Positions 56,802 to 64,000 of a stretch of DNA of 64,000 nucleotides are shown piece by piece (position 1 is the first letter of the stretch; the number at the start of each line of letters is the position of its first letter). The translations under genes were made by a program, and so were the position numbers. The notes below the pieces were generated by a model. That model was not told the origin of the DNA. It saw only the letters and a list, made by a program, of their open reading frames with translations, and searched no databases. Source of the DNA: Spirochaetia bacterium (GTDB lineage: Bacteria; Spirochaetota; Spirochaetia; UBA9216); contig CAXXYH010000003.1 of the NCBI GenBank assembly GCA_963677925.2, forward strand, positions 2,016,001 to 2,080,000, in the 5' to 3' direction.

Positions 56802-59211
56802 ATCCGCTGGATGAAAGATAATCTTTCAGGTTTGTAAAGGCTTCCAGCAGGCTCTTGTAATTGCTTTCCGAAAGCTCCTTCTGGCCGTCACGGCATGAGT
56901 ATTCCAGCTCCCTTGCGGCTTCGCCAAGCTGCTTCATCTCAAGATTAAGAGCACTGCCCTTGATTGAATGCGCAATTTCGCGTCCGGTCTCAAGCTTATC
57001 AGCTGCAAGGGCGGATGAAAGATCCGGTATCTGTCCATCCACCTTTTTCACATAATCGTTGATCAGCTTTCTTACTGTGTCTTCATTGCCAAGAAATGTA
57101 TCTACTGCTTCCTTGAAGTCAAAAATTTCACTCATATCCGGTTCCGGCTCCTTTTGTATGTTCTTTACAGGTTCTGCAGAAACCTCTTCGGCAGCTGCTT
57201 CATGTCTTTTCCCGCGCCACTTTGAAAGTACAATATCTATATCCTTTTTCTTAAACGGCTTTGTCAGGAAGTCCGACATACCGGATGCCAGACATTTTTC
57301 ACGCTCTCCCTTGATGGCACTTGCGGTTACGGCAACTATGGGCGCATCAAATCCCAGCCGGCGAATTTCCGTCGAAGCTTCATATCCGTTCATTTCAGGC
57401 ATCTGACAGTCCATAAAGATTATATCCGGCGCCGCTTCTTTTACACTCTCTACAGCTTCAAGACCGTTCGAGGCAACAACTACATCACATCCCAGATTCA
57501 CAAGTATAGCCTTGAAAAGCTGCTGATTGACTTCATGATCCTCGGCAACAATTGCAAGAGGCCGGCCGGTATCAATGTCATCATCCAGAGGAAGAAGTTC
57601 ACATGCTTCGTCATCTTCCGCGGCTGTCTGCATTCCGGCAAAAACTGAAAACAGCTGTTCTTTTTTTACCGGTTTATTCAGATATCCGCTGAACCACTGC
57701 AGCAGCTTCATTTTTGCCTCTTCAGCGCCCCTTCCGGAGGGACTTACAAGATACATTTTCAGCTGATTCAGAGAGGAAAAGGCCGGATCGCTGCGCAGCG
57801 AATTTATCTCACTGGCCATATACCAGCCGTCCATTCCGGGCATTATCTGGTCGATAAAGCATGCTGAATACGGGTGTTCCGAGGCCGCAGCCCCCTTTAG
57901 CATCTCTAACGCCTTTGCGCCTGAGGAGGCCTGCTCGACCGAACAGCCCAGCTCTGAAAGATATGCTGAAAGATTCAGGCGGGCTGTATCATTATCATCA
58001 ACAACAAGAACGAGCTCACCGGAATGCGTATTCCTGTAGGAAATAAAGGGACTTTCGTCCTTCTGTTTTTTAAACTTTGCAGTAAACCAGAAAACCGATC
58101 CCTGTCCCGATTCCGACTCGACACCTATCTCTCCGCCCATTATCCGGCAGAGGTTTTTTGATATGGTGAGCCCCAGACCGGTTCCGCCGTATTTTCTGGT
58201 AGTGGAAGAATCAACCTGTGAAAACTCCCGGAACAGAACATTCATCTTATCAGCCGGGATTCCAATTCCTGTGTCTCTTACCCTGAAAAGGATAAGCGCA
58301 TCATCCTCACCATCTTCGGCCAGGCTGATTCTTAGTTCGATCTCACCTGATTCAGTGAACTTCATGGCGTTATTGAAAAGGTTTACAACAATCTGCCTGA
58401 GCCTTGTCGGATCTCCGAACACCAGATGGGGAACATCGGGTTCAATATACAGTGATGCTTCAAGGTGCTTCTTATGAGCTTCGAGCGCAATCAGATCGAC
58501 TGCACTGTGGGCAACCTCCAGCAGATCCATCTCAATATTTTCAAGTTTAAGTTTACCTGATTCTATCTTCTCAACATCCAGAATATCGTTTATCAGGCTG
58601 AGAAGAACTTCAGCTGAAAACATTATCTGGCCGGTATATTCCTTCTGCTCGGCATCCAGGGCTGTCTCGTTAATAAGCTCGGACATACCGATGATAGTGT
58701 GAATTGGAGTGCGGATTTCATGACTCATATTAGCCAGAAATTCTGATTTTGTTTTTGTAGCTTTTTCTGCTTCAAGCTGGGCTGATAAAGCGGTGGTTTT
58801 CTGCTGCTCAGCAAGAGTCTTTGCCTTTTTAAGCTGCTTTTCAAGAACTATCTGACCGGTAATATCTTCGGAAACAAAAAGCAGTACATTTGAGTCAAGA
58901 TGCGCTGAAAAAACTGCCGAAACAAATAGCCGGCACCAGCCGTATTTATTTCCGTCTTTGTAGAACCTTGCATCAAATCTGATACTTTCTTTCTTTCCTT
59001 CTATGAGGGTTTTTATATTGCTTCCAAGGGTCTGTGCGTCTTCTTTGAATATATTGGTATAAAAACTTTTGCCTTCAGCCGCTCTGAAAAACAGTCTTTC
59101 CGATGACGGATTTATCCTCATGATTGTTCCGTCATAATCGGTAACTGTCATTCCAAGCGGAGAAACTTTAAAAACTTCGTTGGTAAACTGTCCTATTTTT
59201 TCCATAACCAC
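56782..59211 (-). CDS. Hybrid sensor histidine kinase (PAS-HisKA-HATPase-REC-REC-HPt)
   Basis: FLANMSHEIRTP, NNAMKFT, DTGIG, GGTGLGL, two receiver domains (IDQIMP, MDCQMP) and AHSIKGSA. Confidence 0.95.
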   Translation of the reverse strand: MVMEKIGQFTNEVFKVSPLGMTVTDYDGTIMRINPSSERLFFRAAEGKSFYTNIFKEDAQTLGSNIKTLIEGKKESIRFDARFYKDGNKYGWCRLFVSAVFSAHLDSNVLLFVSEDITGQIVLEKQLKKAKTLAEQQKTTALSAQLEAEKATKTKSEFLANMSHEIRTPIHTIIGMSELINETALDAEQKEYTGQIMFSAEVLLSLINDILDVEKIESGKLKLENIEMDLLEVAHSAVDLIALEAHKKHLEASLYIEPDVPHLVFGDPTRLRQIVVNLFNNAMKFTESGEIELRISLAEDGEDDALILFRVRDTGIGIPADKMNVLFREFSQVDSSTTRKYGGTGLGLTISKNLCRIMGGEIGVESESGQGSVFWFTAKFKKQKDESPFISYRNTHSGELVLVVDDNDTARLNLSAYLSELGCSVEQASSGAKALEMLKGAAASEHPYSACFIDQIMPGMDGWYMASEINSLRSDPAFSSLNQLKMYLVSPSGRGAEEAKMKLLQWFSGYLNKPVKKEQLFSVFAGMQTAAEDDEACELLPLDDDIDTGRPLAIVAEDHEVNQQLFKAILVNLGCDVVVASNGLEAVESVKEAAPDIIFMDCQMPEMNGYEASTEIRRLGFDAPIVAVTASAIKGEREKCLASGMSDFLTKPFKKKDIDIVLSKWRGKRHEAAAEEVSAEPVKNIQKEPEPDMSEIFDFKEAVDTFLGNEDTVRKLINDYVKKVDGQIPDLSSALAADKLETGREIAHSIKGSALNLEMKQLGEAARELEYSCRDGQKELSESNYKSLLEAFTNLKDYLSSSGFIESDQ

Positions 59212-59220
59212 TGCTGCAGA

Positions 59221-60477
59221 TTAGAAATCTGAAACAAGAACTTCGAAGGCCTTCTTCTGCAGATTTTCGGGTTTCAGAGGTTTTATCATGTAGCTCTTGA
59301 CGCCGAAACTCATAGCCTTGCTTACTGTTTCCTTTCTTGTCAGAGCAGAGAATACGATGATCGGAATATTTACACCAAGCTGCTTAAGATACTGAAGAAC
59401 CTGAAACCCGTTCATTTCAGGCATCATCAAATCAAGGAAGATCAGGTCAAACTTGGCATCCTTTAATCCATCGACAAACTCTTTACCGTTATTAAAAGTG
59501 ACCATGTTCCAGCCGGTATCCGAAAGTACGGTCTTAACCAGTTCCTGAATGACAATATCATCATCGACAATAGCAATATTAGCTTCAGGGACAACACGTT
59601 CTTCTTCGGCCTCAGGCTGCATCTGTTCACCTTCAAAACGCATCTCAATAGACTCTTCCGTATCCTTTACTGGAGCTGTTCTGGTAAGAATTCTGTCCTG
59701 AGCTACTTCATCGTGTGCTATCTGATCGGGTTTAAGACCAAGCAGATCATCCATAGCCTTTTCAAGGCTGTCAGTCACTTCAATACCGCGGTAATCGGCA
59801 TTCTTTTTAATGAAATTCTTAACAAATTCATTTCCGGCCAGTATTTTAATGAATCTCGGACGGCTTTCAGTCTGAAGTATTATTGTGTCCATAAGAAGCT
59901 TCAGTTTATCGCTGTCGCCTTCACCGAGTTCAATATTGGACATCATCATGAGGACCTTCGGCGTATTCACAGCATATAACTGCATCAGTTCGGTAATTTT
60001 GAACTTCAGAAGCTCGATCTTTTCAGCATTAAGCCCCATTGCTATTTCAATAAAAAGTATATCATCATTGAAATGTGCTTCGATGATACATGGTGTGCGG
60101 TCGATTTCCAGTTTCACCTGTAAAAAACCCGAAATAGTCTGAAGCAGAGCATCGAGTTTAAGCGGCTTTGAAAAGAACTTTTTTACGTTATATTTTGCTA
60201 CAGTAAGTATTTTCTGCCGATCGATTTTCGAAGAAACCATAATAACCGGAACGTCATTAACGTTCGGGTCTTTTGATTTATCCATGAGAAATTCGAGGCT
60301 GGATTTTCTGGAAAGGTAGTATTCCATGATAACAAGGTCCGGAAGTTCACTGCGAAGTTTCAAATTACCTTCGAATCCGTTTTTCGCTTCAACTATTTCA
60401 AACCCGTTTTCTCTAAGTTTGTTTGCAAGATATTCCCTGAATAGATTTGATTCATCAATTATCAGGATTTTTTTCAT
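59221..60477 (-). CDS. Response regulator with two receiver domains and a central STAS-like domain
   Basis: REC1 has Glu at the phospho site (VIMEYYL); REC2 is canonical (FLDLMMP); alpha/beta middle domain. Confidence 0.85.
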   Translation of the reverse strand: MKKILIIDESNLFREYLANKLRENGFEIVEAKNGFEGNLKLRSELPDLVIMEYYLSRKSSLEFLMDKSKDPNVNDVPVIMVSSKIDRQKILTVAKYNVKKFFSKPLKLDALLQTISGFLQVKLEIDRTPCIIEAHFNDDILFIEIAMGLNAEKIELLKFKITELMQLYAVNTPKVLMMMSNIELGEGDSDKLKLLMDTIILQTESRPRFIKILAGNEFVKNFIKKNADYRGIEVTDSLEKAMDDLLGLKPDQIAHDEVAQDRILTRTAPVKDTEESIEMRFEGEQMQPEAEEERVVPEANIAIVDDDIVIQELVKTVLSDTGWNMVTFNNGKEFVDGLKDAKFDLIFLDLMMPEMNGFQVLQYLKQLGVNIPIIVFSALTRKETVSKAMSFGVKSYMIKPLKPENLQKKAFEVLVSDF

Positions 60478-60496
60478 ATTAACCCCTATCGAAAAG

Positions 60497-60532
60497 AACC
60501 GGGAACAGTTATTTTTTTCTCTATTCCCGGTT
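60497..60532 (-). other. Stem-loop in the pheT / response-regulator intergenic region
   Basis: AACCGGGAATAG-N12-CTGTTCCCGGTT followed by CTTTTC. Confidence 0.5.
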
Positions 60533-60539
60533 TACTTTA

Positions 60540-60566
60540 TTATCGACAAAAATTTTTAAGAATTCA
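60540..60566 (-). promoter_or_regulatory. Putative sigma-28 promoter of the regulator-kinase pair
   Basis: TGAA-N15-GTCGATAA. Confidence 0.5.
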
Positions 60567-60606
60567 ATTTAAGGGGTTAATTTCTCATAATTTTGCATTC
60601 AGCCGT

Positions 60607-63030
60607 TTATCCCTGTTTCAGCGGATAACCCGCTTTTTCCAGTGCAGAAACGATTTTATCCTCAGCTTCCCGCAGGAATTCCGGGGTAAGGGTCTTTTCA
60701 CGGTCAATAAGCCAGGTTCTAAGCGTGACAGTTTTCTCTTTTTCAGAGAGCTGATAAACATCGGCTATTCTGGAATCTTCCAGTTCCTTAATCTTAATCT
60801 TTTTGACAACTGAAAGGATATCGGAAACCGGTGTATCATTACCGGTAACAACAGTACAGTCAAAAGTTGCGCCGGGGAACTTCGGTAAAGGCTTATACTT
60901 TGTCTTATCCTTAACTTCAACACCCATAAAATCTGTTATATCAAGAAGTGCAATTACCAGATTGCCCTTGATCTTAAACTTCCGGCACATCAGCGGATGA
61001 ACTGTGCCGATAAATCCGCAGGTCTTCCCCATAACCCTGATATCAAGATGCTCATAGGGATGGATACCTGTCCATTCTTCAGGAAGAAGAGGGTTCCGGA
61101 ACTTTGGATTAGGCTGCTGTATCTGGGCATTCAGACTGAGGTTCTCAAGAAGATCCTCCATCAGATTCAGGACATCCATAAAGGGAGATCCCTGCTTGTC
61201 GAAAAACATAATGCCGAACTGATGCCTATCTTCGCTGAAGTCCTTTTCATTTTCAAGGTAGCTGCGGCCCAGTTCAAAAAGCCTGAAAACAGGGTAGTTT
61301 TTCTGGTTAAGGGCAGCCTTCTCAAGAAAGGAAGGAATAATTGATGGCCGCATACGGTCAGTTTCGGGGCTGATGGCATTTGCAAGTACAAGGTTATCAT
61401 TCTTATTATGCCACTCGGCCTGCTCAAGAAGTTTTTCTCCGATAAGCGGATATGTGAAAATCTCAAGAGCCCTTCCGCGGTAAACCATAAAGTCCTGAAT
61501 TTTTCGTTCAAGAGTCTTGGCATTACTGAGCCTAACTGCAGTAATCTCATTGTGCGGGGCCAGGGGTACGAGTCTGTCATATCCGTAGATACGGCCGATA
61601 TCCTCTATAAGGTCTGCATCAACCTCTACATCCTTGGTTGCACGGAACGAGGGAACAGTGACTTTCAGTGAATCACCGGCATCCTCAATTACGTATTCAA
61701 GTGCAGTAAGAATTTCTGTAACTTCCTTTTTACCAAGCGATGTGCCGAGAATTGAGTTAACACGCTCGATTCTAAGATCTATTACAAGCGGAGGAGCAAG
61801 AGTAAGACCGTCGGTTACAAGTGAACCGACAACCTTTGCTTCAGGACAGCTTTCCTGCACAAGCTCAAGCAGACGAAGAACTGTCTTCTCGATCTGATGG
61901 CTGTCCAGTGATTTTTCATAGCGCTGTGACGCATCGGTTCTGAGTCCGAGTCTTGTGGATGTATGCCTGATTCTTTCGGGTTTCCAGTTGGCCACTTCGA
62001 TGAAGATCCTTGAAGTCTCAGGCTTTACACTGCTGGTTAGACCGCCCATGATACCGCCGATTGATGAGGGACCGGCCTCATCACATACCATTGTATCTGA
62101 AGGAATCATCTTTCTTTCCATCTCATCAAGAGTAATGAAAACTGATTCTTCACGGTTCTCACGCACGATAATTTTTCCGCCGTTGATTGTATCGCGGTCA
62201 AACATATGGTTGGGCATACCAAGCTCAAGCATTACATAGTTTGAGATATCAACTATATTATTGATAGGACGCATTCCGCATGCAAGCAGTCTGCGCTGCA
62301 TCCAGGACGGACTTGATTTAACAGTTACATTATCAACACTCAGGCCGCTGAAGCCGAGGCACGCAGTATCCTTTTCAACAGTAATGCTTACCGGAGATTT
62401 TTGGTCATTATAAAAGCCGCGCATTTTCTTAAGCCATTCATCAGAGAAAGGTTTGGCAAAAGGCTTGCCGAATGCGGCTGAGAACTCTCTGGCCATGCCG
62501 TAATGACCCCAGAGATCAGGCCGGTGCGTAATTGATTTATTGTCTATATCAAGAAGAACATCGCGCTTGAGATCCATATACTCTTCAAGGCTCTTTCCAA
62601 CAGGCGCATCAGCGGGAAGCTCCAGCAGCCCCTCGTGTCCGTCACCCAGACCCAGCTCATCCTCGGCACAGAGCATTCCTTCGCTTAAAATACCGCGGAT
62701 TTTCTTGGGTTCAAGAGTAAAGTCGCCGGGCAGGGTTGTACCTACAGGAGCAAAGGGAACTTTCAGGCCTACTGCTACATTGGGTGCACCGCAGACAACC
62801 TTATGGGTACCGTTTCCGGTGTTGAAAGTTACAAGGTTAAGCTTGTCAGCCTCGGGATGAGCCTCGATTGCGGTAATCTCAACAACCTTTACATCCTTCA
62901 TATGTGAATTGGTTTCTTCAACGCCCTCAACTTCGCATGTAGACAGGGTGAACTTTACACCCAGCTCCTGTGCCGTAAGGTCGGATGGAATTTCAACAAA
63001 ATCTTTTATCCAGTCTAAACTTATCTTCAT
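60607..63030 (-). CDS. pheT: Phenylalanyl-tRNA synthetase beta subunit
   Basis: HPEADKL, VVCGAPNV, SEGMLC, RPINNIVDISNYVMLELG and RIYGYD motifs. Confidence 0.96.
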   Translation of the reverse strand: MKISLDWIKDFVEIPSDLTAQELGVKFTLSTCEVEGVEETNSHMKDVKVVEITAIEAHPEADKLNLVTFNTGNGTHKVVCGAPNVAVGLKVPFAPVGTTLPGDFTLEPKKIRGILSEGMLCAEDELGLGDGHEGLLELPADAPVGKSLEEYMDLKRDVLLDIDNKSITHRPDLWGHYGMAREFSAAFGKPFAKPFSDEWLKKMRGFYNDQKSPVSITVEKDTACLGFSGLSVDNVTVKSSPSWMQRRLLACGMRPINNIVDISNYVMLELGMPNHMFDRDTINGGKIIVRENREESVFITLDEMERKMIPSDTMVCDEAGPSSIGGIMGGLTSSVKPETSRIFIEVANWKPERIRHTSTRLGLRTDASQRYEKSLDSHQIEKTVLRLLELVQESCPEAKVVGSLVTDGLTLAPPLVIDLRIERVNSILGTSLGKKEVTEILTALEYVIEDAGDSLKVTVPSFRATKDVEVDADLIEDIGRIYGYDRLVPLAPHNEITAVRLSNAKTLERKIQDFMVYRGRALEIFTYPLIGEKLLEQAEWHNKNDNLVLANAISPETDRMRPSIIPSFLEKAALNQKNYPVFRLFELGRSYLENEKDFSEDRHQFGIMFFDKQGSPFMDVLNLMEDLLENLSLNAQIQQPNPKFRNPLLPEEWTGIHPYEHLDIRVMGKTCGFIGTVHPLMCRKFKIKGNLVIALLDITDFMGVEVKDKTKYKPLPKFPGATFDCTVVTGNDTPVSDILSVVKKIKIKELEDSRIADVYQLSEKEKTVTLRTWLIDREKTLTPEFLREAEDKIVSALEKAGYPLKQG

Positions 63031-63040
63031 AGTCTTTCCC

Positions 63041-64000
63041 CTAGTACGCCTTGAACTGTTCTGAGAACTTCAGATTTCCGGAATGCAGATGTCTCACATC
63101 ATCGATGTGATATCGCATCATTGTCAGACGGTCGATACCCAGACCGAAGGCAAAACCGTTCCATTTATCCGGATCAATACCGCCGGTCCGGAGAACATTC
63201 GGGTGAACCATTCCGCAGCCCAGGGCCTCAACCCAGCCTACCTGCTTGCAGACTGAACATCCCTTTCCGCCGCAGAGCAGGCACTCATAATCAAGCTCAA
63301 ATCCGGGCTCAACAAAGGGAAAGAACCCCGGCCTTAATCTTACCTTGATTTCCTTCTTGAAAATCTCGGAAAGCAGTGTTCTAAGAAAGTGAATCATGTG
63401 CGGTACAGAAATGTCCTTGCCGACCATCATGCCTTCAAGCTGATGAAAAGCCGCCTCATGACTTGCATCCAGAGTTTCACAGCGGAAAACCTTGCCCGGG
63501 CCTACAAATTTAAAAGGAGGATCCTTAAGTTCCATACCCCTGATCTGAATGTTCGATGTATGGGTTCTAAGAAGATGCTTCATATCCTTGAACCAGAAGG
63601 TATCCTGCATATCGCGCGCAGGATGCGATTCCGGAATATTAAGCGCTTCAAAATTGTAGTATTCATTTTCAATATGAGGACCGTCAAGGATGTCAAACCC
63701 CATGGAAAGAAAGATATCCTCAAGCTCTCTTGTAACCTGGGTCAGAGGATGCAGTCCTGCAGCCTGCTGGCCGAGATCCTTTATGCGGTTTGTCCAGCTT
63801 ATATCCTGGCGCTGCTTTGCGAGTTTCTGGTTAATTTCTTCGATTTCAACTGCCTGGGTCCGCTTGTCTATGGCATCAAGCATTTCCTGCTTTACCTCGT
63901 TGGCTTTTGCACCGAAGGTTTTCTTATCTTCAACAGAAAGATCCCGCATTCCGCTCATCAGACCATTCAGTTTTCCCTTCTTTCCCAGATAATCAGCCTT
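63041..64000 (-). CDS. pheS: Phenylalanyl-tRNA synthetase alpha subunit (5' truncated by window edge)
   Basis: Frame open to the edge (KADYLGKKG); HPARDMQDTF, LLRTHTS, FPFVEP and GFAFGLGIDR motifs. Confidence 0.96.
   Translation of the reverse strand, partial: KADYLGKKGKLNGLMSGMRDLSVEDKKTFGAKANEVKQEMLDAIDKRTQAVEIEEINQKLAKQRQDISWTNRIKDLGQQAAGLHPLTQVTRELEDIFLSMGFDILDGPHIENEYYNFEALNIPESHPARDMQDTFWFKDMKHLLRTHTSNIQIRGMELKDPPFKFVGPGKVFRCETLDASHEAAFHQLEGMMVGKDISVPHMIHFLRTLLSEIFKKEIKVRLRPGFFPFVEPGFELDYECLLCGGKGCSVCKQVGWVEALGCGMVHPNVLRTGGIDPDKWNGFAFGLGIDRLTMMRYHIDDVRHLHSGNLKFSEQFKAY

Noticed and set aside
782-60532. CCGG-cored intergenic hairpins as a REP-like repeat family (782, 44923, 54382, 60497)
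   Set aside because: They share only the short CCGG core, which is frequent throughout the window; the remaining sequence differs.

Overview
Gene-dense bacterial core-genome window. It is probably from a free-living spirochaete (Spirochaetaceae-like); this is inferred from gene content and protein style, not verified. It holds about 49 CDS, two of them truncated by the window edges, plus one tRNA-Ala(GGC). I saw no integrase, transposase, CRISPR array or prophage. Housekeeping content: AddAB-like helicase-nuclease, a de novo pyrimidine operon (pyrD-pyrK-pyrC-pyrE/F fusion-pyrB-pyrI), pheST, rsmI, rlmE, a TrmH-family methylase, add and flgM. Signalling genes are unusually dense: a GAF-PAS adenylate cyclase, three HD-GYP phosphodiesterases, a REC-HATPase-cNMP protein, a HATPase-HDOD protein, an MCP, a hybrid kinase and a REC-(STAS-like)-REC regulator. 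The best novelty candidate is a translationally coupled pair of degenerate class III nucleotidyl-cyclase genes (24982-26912) whose catalytic residues are complementary, suggesting a split heterodimeric cyclase with non-canonical base specificity. Other leads: an rph-pyrE-like attenuator between pyrD and pyrK, a eukaryote-type fused UMP synthase, a homopolymer frameshift at the DUF58 start, a metal-ligand-less Fe-ADH behind flgM, a small sigma-28 regulon containing unknown genes, and several apparently leaderless genes. All calls come from motif recognition by eye; no searches were run.
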